In this document: positions 49,343 to 61,839 of the stretch, piece by piece
Position numbering within the stretch: the stretch's first letter is position 1
How the letters are laid out: every line of letters starts with the position of its first letter
Source: Glaucostegus cemiculus
Lineage: Eukaryota
Direction: 5' to 3'
Assembly: GCA_976551045.1 (NCBI GenBank)
Contig: CDPCPM010000037.1
Coordinates: 13,950,001 to 14,014,000, forward strand
DNA: 64,000 bases
Program-made: the position numbers and the translations under genes
The notes under the pieces: model-generated
What the model was told of the DNA's origin: nothing
The model's database searches: none
The model's input: the letters and a program-made list of their open reading frames with translations, nothing else

Positions 49343-50295
49343 GTCCAGAATATCAAAAGAGAAAAATGCTGCAGGAACTGATAGAGAATGGGGATAATGT
49401 GGAAAATACAGACCAAGAACCCCCATCAATTGAAGAGCCTTCACCTACCCCACCGGAGAGTCCTGGAATCCATGAGAAAGCCACAACTCCACTTGAGTCA
49501 TCTCCTGCTGTCACTCCTTCACCAAGCCCTGTGGAGACACCACCAGAAGTCCGAAAGGTTAGAGAATCAAATCTCAAGATAGGGAACTCCAGCTACTTGA
49601 GTCCAGGCGCTTGGAATGGGGAGCAAAATAAAAGCAGGAGCCTCACAAGTAGCCGATCCAACAGTCATCCTGGTGCACCTTCTGATTTATTGACAGTGCA
49701 GATTGAGAACAGATCAACTGCCAGCAGCCGGAATCTATCGAGGAGTTCTAGCCATCAAAGTAACAGAAGGACACCAAGTAAAATGGAGGAACAGCTGCAA
49801 AACAGCTGTGATTTGGACATAAAACCCTTGGAAAGGATTGAAAGTAAACCTAGCGCAACTCAAAAGAGTAAACCAAGAGAACCCATCCCACCTAGTCGTA
49901 AGACTGATGCACAGTTCCATGAAAGTTATCACAGTTATGCTGTACGGCCGCAAGTAGGTCCCCCTCCATTGGATTTATTGGATGATGAAGTTCCCGTCCC
50001 ATCATTGTCCTTCAAGAAAGAAGTAATCCCAGAAAAACCCTCAGTACTAGAACCAAAACCAGAGGTCAAAATGAAAAAAGCAGTACCAGAGTCGGAACCG
50101 GAACCAAAGCCAAAACCTCGGGTGCAAGAAGCTGCACCTCGTCCCAAACAGGAGAAACAGTTACAAGCTCAGCCAGAATCCAGACCTCAGCCCAAGCCAG
50201 AACCCAAACCTGCACCAAAACCAGTGTCAAAACCAGTACCTAAATTAGAAACACAATCTGAAATGGAAGGAAAGGAGGTAGAACCATTTGATCAG
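49343..50295 (+). CDS. JPH2: Junctophilin-2 divergent-region exon (953 nt; equivalent of mammalian exon 4)
   Basis: Acceptor tgtatttttcag|GT and perfect donor CAG|gtgagt. Lies inside ORF 49315..50418. Contains GPEYQKRKMLQELIEN, LSPGAWNGE and YHSYAVR, which are JPH2-type motifs (JPH1 has GPDYVKQR at the first position). Confidence 0.95.
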
Positions 50296-53200
50296 GTGAG
50301 TTTATCATGTTGCCAACTGTATGAAGCATGGACTTATGAACAGACCTTTCATTCCAGACAATTATACTCTGACACAATGAAGGTTATGGGGCAGCCTGAC
50401 CAATTTCTGACTTCATAAATGTTCCTTGTATATTTTTTTATTTTCCTTTAAGATTGAGTTGTTAAACAGGTGAGCTACATTGGCATTTGCACGTTATCAA
50501 GGATTCAGTGTGGAATATATATAACTGCATTATAATTTTTAAAAATCATACCTTTTATCCATAAAAATAACAGACTTACAATCATTGTAGTTACAATACC
50601 ATCTCTCAGCACAGCAGTTGGTGGCAAACCTCCACCTCCCCATCAAAGCACCATGTCGGTGAAAGCTGGGAAGTGAGACTAATATTTTTATTATTATTGT
50701 ACAATGCACATTTTGAGCATTTTTCAATGCAACTCCAACTTTATTCCATCTATGGCAGAGTCATTTCCTGTGGTCTTTTTGTGTTCATCAGGTACTAAAT
50801 CTTCAAATAAGCTTTATTAAGAATGACCATATAATGCATTGAAAGTTCTATTTTTGCCTAAACGTCACAGTTTTTCATTCTACCTTGAACTGATAAGTAG
50901 CAGTTTGCTGAAATAGCCAATCATAATTTTTAACAAATGCTTTAATTTTCTCTTAAGTCAAAGTGCTCAATTCCTATTATCTCTGTGACTCATTTATGTA
51001 AGTCAAAGACATATTCCACATTAAAATGCAATTTATTTCATTTCCATGGAGAGGCTTGGAGCAAGGATAAAGGCAGTTTGAATTTACAATGGAGTGCACA
51101 ATGAGATCCCAGTGTTTCATAGCCCACAATAAAGTGGAATAAGAATAATTAAGCAGTATTCCATTGGCAGCCCTCATTTCATCAGCCATGGTATCAAAAG
51201 GAATAAGAATTTTTTATTTTGCACCAAATAAACCCTAATATGCCTGTCACTTGTTTTCCACCAGCCCACTGGGTGAAGTTCTACCTAGTCTTGTTCCCCA
51301 GCCACAGCTAAGAAGAATGTTGGCAGCTTAAATAGATTTGAAAGTAAAAGTGATTTTCAGCCCATGCATGATACAGCTTTCCTGTGAACGACAGTGGGCT
51401 TCTATGAGAAGCTTTGCAATTCATTTTTCTTAAATAATGTTTTTAGGCTATTTCATCAAACAACACTAACCCCTTTTAATATAATTTAGAAATCTTATTG
51501 CCTGCAACAAATTGCATGACTAACCTGACTGGTATTCTGTTTAAAAAGTTCTGAACACATGCTGCCAAAACCATGCTAAAATTGGGATTGGGATTCTGTG
51601 GATCTCTGCTTATTTTTTCTTAACAATCTAACTGTTTCCATGGTAGCCACGGCCATTATTTTTGAGCATTTTGGTTCTTCAGTGAAAATGTTGGAACAGA
51701 CCAGTCATGGCCTAGAAATTAGATTGCATAACACTAGTTATTTCAGTGCTACACAATTAACCATTTCTGGGTCATACTAAACTGCAGTGGACAGAGGCCA
51801 GTCTCACTTAGTCTCTCCACACAAGTCAAACTCAGTGATCAATTTTCATAACAAAAGTGATCACATGGCATATAAAAATCTTGCACTGTGCAAGTATGGG
51901 AACTGGAAACTCCATGGCTCCCAACCAAGACTCCTCCCTCCAATTGGAATTCTACACTCGTCAAGTTCAGGACCGATGTTGATTGCCCAGTTTCTCCTGG
52001 AAAACCTGGACTTCACAGTGCAGTGCTGGAATGGAATCTTCCTTGCCTTTTTTTCACCTTGATCCCTCCTTTCCCACACACCTATCTCCAGGGGCACTAT
52101 TCTCCAATTTAACCCATCTTTTCTATTGATGGCCCCAGACTGGCCCACATGTGATTCCAAACCCACCAATGTGGTTGACTCTCAGCTGCCTCCTCAGCTC
52201 ATTGGAAACTTGGGGATGGGCAATGAATGTCAGCCTTTCACAAACGTCTACATTGCATAAATAAGTGAAGCTCAGCCTCCCCCACTGACCAATCATTTGA
52301 AGGGCAAACTGAGCCGCAGGCCTGATCGAGTCTGCATTGACGGGCCCTCTCTTCCCCTTGGTCCTTGGATATTCAGTAGAGGGCACCGACACATCTGTAA
52401 CAGTTGTTGGTGTGCCACTGTGACCACCAGTGTATCCAATAGTACAGACTGGAATTTTTTGGTCCATGCATTGTTTCTTAAACATCTGTATTACAATGTG
52501 AATGCAAGAAAAAAAATGAACCTCATAGAAGCTAGAAAGATAATTAAACCAATTGCATGAGACCAATAGGCATTAGATCAACGTGTGAGCCAAACTGCAA
52601 TAATAGAACCAAATGACATTAAAAAATAATTTGGGTAGAAATCAAATAGAAACATGAAATGTAACCTTATCTGGATGAGAATATAAAATAACTGCCTAGA
52701 CATCGGGCAATATCTCTTTAGCTGTTAATAACATGCAGTTAATTAGGAAATTGTGTCTGGCAAATTGCATTTTTGATTAGAGAAAAATGTACATGTTGGT
52801 CATATGGTCTCACCACTCACTAGTATGACACAGTCGTCCTTTCTCACCCTTTCTTGGATTTGTTTGAAGCTTGATATATATATAAAGTAAAATTAGTAAT
52901 TTTTTGATGATTAAATGAGTTTCATTTCTTTTGTTTACTGCTTTTTGGTTATATATTTAAATGATAAAAATATGTAAAATTATTGATAACAAATATCTTA
53001 AAGATGATGCCTGGTACTTAATCAAAAGATTTTGGTCAGACATTATTGCTGTAAGAAGAAATTACTTTAAATCTATTCTCAATATATCATTTAAGTCAGT
53101 GGAATGCTTTTGTTTCGTGCCACGGAGCTTTTTCTCATTTCAACATGTTATTGCACTCAGAAAATTTATTAGTGGTATAACAAGGAAAGAATAAGTGGAC

Positions 53201-53439
53201 AGTTTATTTGATTTCACCAGTTACTTTTCCCATGTGATTAGCAGTTCATTTTTCTGATGGCCGACAGTTAGACTGAACTATATCTTGATTGCAATGGGTT
53301 TTGCAAGCAGAGGCAGAGATCTTGATTGGGAAACTGGTAGTGTAGGGCTAGAAATCTTGTTGCACAGTGCCACATTTTGATGTGTCATAAGATAGTCTTT
53401 GATGCAAAAAGCAATCAGTAGGGTTGATTTATGTGAAGA

Positions 53440-54220
53440 GATTTAGTAAAATTATTGTATGTTCCAGTTTAGAAGAACGAGTTGTGATCTTATAGAAACA
53501 AGATTCTGGGAGGGATTGACAGAGTAGACAAAAAAAAAGGAGAAAAATTTGAGGCTATTTTCTTTGGTAGGAAAAAAAATGGTATTTTTAAAATGGTGAG
53601 AAACTGTTAAATGTTGGGTATGCAAAGGGATTTAGAGTGGAGCACATTGTGGATATCAGGGACTGAAGCACAAAAAGCACAGACTTCTTACTGTGGTTAT
53701 ACCTCTTTGGTGAGACTATAGCCTGATTGTTGTGTGTCTGCTTAGTGCCTGTACAAAGGGTACATTTGGGTGCAGTGTGCATTTAGTAGATTGATTCCTG
53801 GGTGAGAGGGATGTCCTTCATGGAAGGATTGAACGAAGTTGGCCCAAACTTGCTGAGTTTACAAGAATGAAATATTGAGAATGCAGTGTCTCATTGGCAC
53901 AAAGCCCAGAGAGAACTGACTGAAACTACTGAGAAGCTGTTTCTGCTAACTGGAGGGTCAAGAACCGGAGGGCACAATCTCAGAATAAGGGGTTGGCAAT
54001 GTACGACTGACAAAAGGAGATACTACTTTATTCAAAGAGTTTTAAGTCTTTGGAACTTGCTATTCCAAAGGGCCGTGGATACTCAGTTGTTGAGCATATT
54101 CAACACTGAGACTTACAGACTTATTTTGGACAGGGAGGGAATTGGACGATATGCTGATTAATATAAAGTTGGACTAATAAGGGTGCAAAGCCAATTCCTG
54201 CTTTGATGTCTTTTGTTATA
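53440..54220 (+). mobile_element. CR1 3' fragments
   Basis: EKLFLLTGGSRTGGHNLRIRG...RRYYFIQRVLSLWNLL (ORF 53886). Confidence 0.8.
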
Positions 54221-55471
54221 ATATTTGTCTGATTTGTGCTGAATTTAGGCAGTAGTTCCAGAGGCAACCAAGTAGCAGGCTGGCTCAAGGACCATTTGGC
54301 CTGTTAGCTGAGAGCTATTCAAAAATATCCATCTTTTTATTTTGAAAATCAGATTAGTTACTGGTTGGGTATTAAACGAGCATTGGTTTGAGCCCTTTCT
54401 AGATGGAGTAAAGGTACTAGGAATTGAAGACGCCTAGAAGCTCATGACATGTGGTACAACAACATAAAACATGTGAATGCATAATTTGCGAGATGCAAAG
54501 CTCACACTCAAGGAGTGTGGGTGATGGGCTAATGATGGATTTGGGGTGGGAGGAGGAGGAGGCGTTGGAGAGGGAGGGGTGGAGCTATGCCTCCTTTAAC
54601 ATTCAGCGACATGTAAAAAAAAGATTAAAGTAACTTTTCTGTAACTTTTTTTAAATGTAATTTAAATTTAAGAAAATAAACTTTTTTCCTATGGCACCTC
54701 ATCTGCAGGCCTGGAATCCTCAATACAAGCACTAAACTTGGCATAGGACTGGCTTCCCTAATGTAGTTCTGCAGGATCCCAGTGAGACCAGGCTCTGCTG
54801 TCAGATTCCATGTGGCGTGCAGCAACAAAACACAGTGACAGAAAAAGATAGATACTGTTGTGTCATGGCTGATTTACAGTGGCCGAGTTACTGGATTACC
54901 AATCAGGAGTCTGGCCCATAGGACCAGTTTGAATGGTGGAAGGGGAACTTGCATACATGTAATTAAATACAGATGGAATTAATAAAACAAACAATGCCAG
55001 CCCCTTGTAACAATAACATGAAGGTTGTGGATTGTCATACAAAAGAGAGTCGGGCTCATGGTGTAGGAAATCCTGCTATCTTTTCTTACTCCAGACCCAC
55101 CAATATGGTTGTGGTCTTTCACCTCCATTGCACAGAAAGCAGAATATTTTCAAAAATATCTTATTTAAAAGGGTGGTCAGATAATGCTATTGCAAGAATA
55201 TCTGACTATTTCTAATCCTGTAAAGGCTGTATGACATGAAAGGCGCCCATTCTGGATTACTGAACTGTCTTTATTATAAGATTCGTGCTAAAATGAAATA
55301 AATATTTTGCCTATTAGTTCTAAAATGAGTATTGGAAAATATTGGCATTGTGTAATTTTTTTTTAAAGGGTAATATTTTCATCTTTTTGAAAGAACAGGT
55401 AATGAAGAATATTTCGTTCTAGGACCTGTGGTTTAAAACTAGGACATTGACATTTTTTAAATTTATTTCAG

Positions 55472-55552
55472 GGACCTAATACCATTATGATTGCCATGGT
55501 CATTTTACTGAACATTGGCTTGGCCATCTTGTTTGTACATTTCCTCACATGA
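55472..55552 (+). CDS. JPH2: Junctophilin-2 last coding exon: C-terminal ER/SR tail-anchor transmembrane helix and stop
   Basis: Acceptor atttatttcag|GGA, phase 0. Encodes GPNTIMIAMVILLNIGLAILFVHFLT-TGA, the hallmark junctophilin C-terminus. Too short to appear in the ORF track. Confidence 0.97.
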   Translation, partial: GPNTIMIAMVILLNIGLAILFVHFLT

Positions 55553-55564
55553 TTTGTTTCTGAG

Positions 55565-55736
55565 GTAAGAAGTGCATTTTACTACATTACTCATCTATAT
55601 ATAAAAAAACATTTATGGTAGTACAGTTAAAAGCCCAAGGTTTTCTTGTAGCAATACTCATAATATTAATATGCTTTATTTTAAAAATTCTATATGAACT
55701 CTTTGCAGAAGCCTGTGTGTTTCGTCTGTTGTTCAG
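55565..55736 (+). other. JPH2: Probable 3'-UTR intron of JPH2 (donor firm, acceptor tentative)
   Basis: Strong donor GAG|gtaaga 12 nt after the TGA. The best nearby acceptor is tgtgtttcgtctgttgttcag at 55736; an alternative is ctctttgcag near 55708. Confidence 0.55.
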
Positions 55737-58700
55737 AATAAGGAAGATGAATTTTGGAAAATTGTACATCCTGCAAGACTTGACACTGGAGACACTGCAG
55801 AAACTGATTACAGTGGCCCTTCTTGAAGGATCCCCTGATCTGTTTTCCATCACCAGTTTGTGCCCTACAGTTTTGCAAACGAGATACATTGGGAGACATA
55901 CATCTGAGCTGAATTTATTTGTAGAAACTAACAGCTGCCTTACTTTTGCCTGTGTTTATATTATACAGTACTAGCTGCCAAGGATTGTGCTCGAAAGCTT
56001 GAATTATTCTATTGTACAAAGGGAGTTGGGGACTCGGGTGGGGGGACGAGAGAGAAACAGATTCTTATGGTTCTATTTCATAAACAAAAAGTTGAGTTAG
56101 TTCAGGGAGATCTTGCTCATGTATTTTTGTAGCTTGACTTTTTTGGTTAAAGAGTAAAGAAAAATGATTTTCAATATGGATATAACTATACATATTTAAC
56201 ATACTTAACTGAAAGATTTAGGGCTATATTTTCCTCTGTTCACTATTTCTGGTTTAAAAAAAAAGTTAATTGGTGTTCCCTAGTTTAGACTCCTCTTACT
56301 ACTTAAAAAGACCTTCAAATGAAAGTACTCCCTTTAGAGAGCGACTTTTGGAAAAGGAAACATGGATGCTGTGCACTGCATTCATAGGGCTTTTTATATG
56401 TCATGAAGGGAAATGTTGGTCTACTGTGAATTTTTAATTAATTTTTCTCACTTTATTACTATTCTAATCAGATGAGTAAGAGAACAGTGATTCATGTTTG
56501 TTGCATGTTTTAACAATGTGCTGTTTATAAATCACATTTTTAAACTAATTATACTGTCCTGCCATAAACAGCATGCATTTTTTAATAACACTGTAATCAT
56601 TTAAAGAGAATGCACAGATTTGCTCTTAACATCATTTCGCTTTCAGATTTAAATTGATTAAAAATTCATGGAAGACCAAAATTACTTTGCAACAAAATTT
56701 AACACTTCATATTTTGAATGCCATGTTAGTTAGAAATTGTGTACCTACAGTTTGTAACCATATATTTTTGAGAAGATTTTTTGGCACTTTGCGAAGTTGT
56801 ATATCATTAAGGTACAAATCACAGACATTTTAAAACAAAATGCCTAACAGTATTTCTGCCAGTATATTCAAAGTGGGAAAAGTCAGATTAAACCAGAAAT
56901 TTTACATAGTACTTGCTAATTAATAGCTTGCAAATTAATATTTTTCTTCTTTTTGCTAAAATACAAAATGTTACGAGCTGTCTTTCTTCCTTTTCTCTGC
57001 ATGTGCGCACTTTGTAGAATGTTAGCATAGATGGTTTTAAGCCTTGTTTCACATGTAACAAGGTATATATGCTTTTGTGTGGATATACATTCAGGACTGT
57101 TTTTTTTGCTTTGTAAGATTTATATATAAAAAGTATAAAATTACCTCAGAGACGCATGCTTCTCCAAAATTTTGATTGAAATGCTTATTTGGTATTTTCA
57201 GGTCTTACTACAATTTGAATAATTTCACCAGCCACGTTGAACATTTATCTTCCAGATATTTATTCATTTCTATAAATGTTATTAAATACTGTCTTGTTAG
57301 GTATTTCTACATGAAGAACTTTGTGGAATGTGCTCATATAAATCAGAATGTATTTATAATTTACGGCTTATAATAGTTAAGAAAATTTCCTTCATGAGTT
57401 GAGTGTCCAAGATATCCTATAGTATTATTCTTGTGAGGCTCTATCCTTTCACTGCCATAAGATGTGATGTGATAAGTAATTGAAGTGAAATGAGTTGAAA
57501 ATAATGTAATTGATCCACAAGGCATTTTTTGCATTGATATTATAAACCAAGAAAGAATTAGTGCCTTAAACAGCAGATATTTCCTATCACAAAATACTTC
57601 TGACATTGAATTTTCATTTAAAATGACCATTTTAAATTATCAGTGCTTCTGAATTTAAAAGCTCTATTTTGAATGAAATGTCTTATAATTTTATGACATT
57701 TAGTTCTAGATCCAGCTGATCTTGTTACAAATTGTACTATCTGAGAAAGGTTATAAATTACAATGATCTCCTAGAACTTGCCATTCTCCAAAGCTCTGCT
57801 TTGTATGGTTCTTTCTAGAAATGTTTCTTTTGACAAGTTAAAATAGGAAGGTTGATGTGAAATTCTGTTGGTATTGTTTAAATTGGACATTGACAGGTTG
57901 TCCATCCCAACCCATCCCTTCCCTCCCCTCTTTCCACCATATCCCCATCTTTTTCTTTACCTTGTTAATGACTTTGATTTCAGCCATTATAATTTAAAGT
58001 TGGCTATCTTCTTGACTGTGTTATAACTGGGGAACTTACAAAAAGATGTGACACATATTAACTAACTGAACTTTGCATTAATGAAGAGATGAGGACGTTA
58101 GACTTATGGCCTGAGTAGCACAGATTTGCTGACTACAGCTTTTAACAATGGCCTTTAAAAACACCAAAGCACTGTCAATTTCAGGTGATGAACTTACATT
58201 ATGCAAATCAAGATTTTATGATATGGTAGGTATCCAGTTGCAGATTTAGGAGACGTGTGAGGGAATCATTCACTGTCTACAGTTCAGTCATCATGCCGTT
58301 TAATCTGGGGCGGCCTAAGGAGATCACTGGCAGACACAGTGGGTCTAAAGATTTTTCCAAGTTATATTTTTGTGTGCCAGGAGGAGTGATGGTGCTGTTC
58401 ACTGGTCTGTTGCTGCCCTGGACTCATCTCCTCCTCACCCCACTGTACACACGGACAGCATCAAACCCCTGAATCTTTTCTGTTTCCAGGCCTCAAGAGT
58501 GCCTGTGGCCTCCACCAAGCAAGAACAGGGTTAAGGTGGGTGGAGGTGGTTGTCGTATATTCTGCTGGAAACTTGAAATTGTTTTCTTGCCCAGAAGTGT
58601 TTAGTTAATGCAAAGGTTGTACTCAACTTGTACCTGCATTTTAAAGCTAACTTTTTTTTAATCCATAGCAACTGATTTATTCCACACCATCCAAAATTGA

Positions 58701-60419
58701 AAGTTACTCTTGTAATTGTTGCACAGGGTCAAGTTGTGGAGATCTTTGCCAAACCATCCTATAAATGTTGCAGTGGTTGATATGTTTCAATCTTTTCTAT
58801 GTATGGAATCTAAATTTGAAATTATTTTGAAATTTGCACTTGAATGTATATGTTTTTGGCGGGGGGGGGAATACTTTTTTCAAAGACCAGTTATATCTTT
58901 GATGTTAAGTACTGTGCAGAAGTAAAAGCTAACACAAACTTACAAAAAATTAAAAATAACTTAATTTTAAACCATAATTCTATCTCCATGAAAATATCAA
59001 AGTAGTTTTGTTGAGATATTCAAGAAAATATACAACAGCTTCTCTTTTGTGGGACCCACAATGAATTGCAGTAATATTTGAAATGATACTGGTTGAATAC
59101 GTAAATTATTTTGGCAGGTTAACCAAATTTTTCTGACTTTGATCTGGTAAGTGAATTTAAGAGATAATGGGCCATATTCATTGGTAGCTTGTCATCTGCC
59201 CTTGGACAATAGGTTGTACATTTTTTGTAAAGCAAGTTACTGAGAGTGTGAGCTGATAACAGTACGATGTGAGAAACCAAGCATCTAGGACCCAAATGAA
59301 AAGGGCAAGAAACTGTGTCCTTAACAAATCTGTTTGATGGTTTATGAAGTGAACATTTCATGAAGATTGAGAAGGAAGCACATGTCAGAAGGAGTGAATT
59401 GAATGTCAGCCAAGGTTCAGAAAGAAGTATAGAGAGGAAAAGGAAGATTTGATTATGAGAAAATGAAAAAATTAAAGAAATTTACCACTTGTGAAACCTC
59501 CAACAATTGAAATCCTGAATGAAGAAGATTCCATACTGTAATGCTTAATTTTAGTACCAGATAAGTAATTACATTTATCATGCTAGTAAAAGGGTGCTTG
59601 GACTGAAATGGGCAAGATTTACATTTTTGTGGCAAGTTTAATTCTTATCTACTGTGGAAATACAGGAACAGTATGCCATTCAATTTCAGTGGTTAACCAG
59701 GCTGCAAGATGCAAACCTGATGCATCAAAGTGGAAACCTGTTCCATATAATAGAATTGATCACTTTTATTATAAGAAAATATGTCCATTTCATCTAATCT
59801 GGCTGAGTTGAACACAGAACTAAACAATTGTAAACTTCAATTCTGATATACTGGGTTCATTGTCATCAATATTTGTCACATTGGGGGAAAAAATAACTAG
59901 AAGACCTGTATGATAAAAGATAATCTAAATTCAAAATATTTAAATCATACTTTTGGCAAAATGACTTCATGTTTTTGATTTTGAAAGCAATCAGTACAGT
60001 TGAATATAAATAATCTGTGGTACTATTTTATGCAAGTTTCAATGTATTGCGTAACACTTGAAATTCTAATTACTTGATATTCAGTAGTTTCCTGGATTGG
60101 TGCTGAGGCCTGGAGAGGAAGTTAAATTTACTTTTGGAGCGGCATGTTATGTACACATAAACATGCACTCATATGTATGTATCCTTAATGTGATTAATGA
60201 TTATGTGGAGCAGGACAGCTCAACTCTGCCAAAAAATGCTGCATTATTTTAAATGGCATTATTTTAAATCAAAATAGCACTTGGTTTGCATTCCACCGAT
60301 ACTTGAACTTGACATCAGCTTTAATTATGCTTTAAGCCCATTTTTTTTTACTCTTCCAGGACAAGGTTTTTGTCACTTGTACAGGAACCATAAGAGACTT
60401 TCAGTGAGACAAGTCTCTT

Positions 60420-60790
60420 GTAGGGATATAACAACTAAGAAACAGAAGCAGATTCATGCTCTGTCACCCAATAAGATTGAGACTGATCTTTTATCTCATT
60501 GTCACTTTTCTGCACCAACTCCAGGCCCTTTGCTTCCCCTAATATCCAAAATTATATCAGTCTCTATCTTGACTATACCCAGCATCTGGACTACCATGAC
60601 CCTTTGGGGAGAATTCCAAAGGCTCATTATGCTCTCTGAAGAAGTTTCTTCTTTCTGAATGGCTAATACCTATTTTTTTGGGACTATGATCCCTGATTTA
60701 GACATGCTAGCCAGCAAAACATCATCCCCTACATCTATCCTGTCAATGCAATAATGATTTTGTATGTTTCAGATGAGTTAATCTCTCACT
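60420..60790 (-). mobile_element. Old CR1 3' fragment within the probable 3' UTR
   Basis: GGGGAGAATTCCAAAGGCTCA...GAAGAAGTTTCTT and CATCTATCCTGTCAA are the reverse of the CR1 terminal coding region. Confidence 0.6.
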
Positions 60791-61829
60791 TTATTTACTT
60801 GGCCAATATCTATAGTGACATGGAATACAACTTGTGGAAATTTATGGCTACTAAACATGGATTTAACATTAATACTGTTTTGCCTCTGACTGTTTGAACT
60901 TGTTGTGTTCCTTGTATTTCTTGAAGAATAGCAAGAGTTACAGGAATTTTGAGTTTCCTTATTTCAACTGTTGCTTACAGTAGCATAAGTAATGGTACTT
61001 AATAGAATTTGCAATTTAAGGTCCTAACAGCAATTAATTTTACAATATTGGGTTTTCTCCAAAATGCAGCAATAGTAGAGTTCTTAATACATGTAACCTA
61101 CAACTTTATCAAGAGTTACAATTCAAAAACTAAATCATGGTTAGGGTCAGCACAGACTGGATAGATGTTCTTTTAGTTTAATAGAAATTTGGAACTAATT
61201 GAGTTTTTGTTTTGCTGCATCTCTGAAATGAAAAGCTAAGTGTTATTACTTCAGATTTGGGTCAGATTGGATTGATAACTATATGCGCAATGTTAATGTT
61301 TTTAAATTTTTTTGAAGAAAACTAATAAGCTATGTGATTTTTTTTTACAAGATTTGCATTATGTTGTGTAGGACCGAACAAACAGTGACGGAGCGATTTC
61401 AATCTATTTTTATTATTGTAATTGATAGGGTTTGGTTGATTAAAATCTTATTCAGTCTGAGAAAGAGGTCTTGAAAATGGCAGAAGAAATAAGAGATTGC
61501 ACCTCAAGTTTTTCCTACGAAGAAATGAAGCTGGTGAACAGCACAAATAATTTATATTCTTGGTAACTTCACATCTCAAACATATTAACTGATGTACAGT
61601 AAGTATTTTAAACAAATTAAAGTTTTGAATGTTGTATTACCCTCTGTTTCATCATATTGCATTGCCAAATCTTCCAAGTAAAAAAAAATGCCTCAAGTTG
61701 CCACAGGCAAAGAATTTGGTATGAGCACTATAAACATTGTACAAAACTAAAACCTTGTTAGTTTACTTTATGGAGATATTAATGTTTTCTTATTTCTTAA
61801 TCATACAGATTTTTCTTTTCACATATGCT

Positions 61830-61839
61830 ATTAAATAAA
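61830..61839 (+). terminator. Polyadenylation signal (overlapping ATTAAA and AATAAA)
   Basis: gctATTAAATAAAcatttttcattctttggattctttgtattgatcctttgtt; U-rich upstream and U/GU-rich downstream context. Confidence 0.6.

Noticed and set aside
50275-50283. Alternative donor GAG|GTAGAA 18 nt upstream
   Set aside because: Much weaker than CAG|GTGAGT at 50295; no supporting evidence.
49315-50418. 367-aa ORF as a stand-alone gene
   Set aside because: The Met lies in intron sequence upstream of a clear acceptor; the ORF is a JPH2 internal exon plus flanking intron.
41708-55552. Assignment to JPH1, JPH3 or JPH4
   Set aside because: The C-terminal HFLT is JPH1-like, but GPEYQKR, LSPGAWNGE, YHSYAVR and PNTI..MVILLN are JPH2-type.
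55615-55974. 119-aa ORF downstream of the JPH2 stop
   Set aside because: Spans the predicted UTR intron/exon boundary, with no recognisable homology.
60241-60269. GCATTATTTTAAAT tandem duplication
   Set aside because: Simple two-copy slippage; no sign of function.
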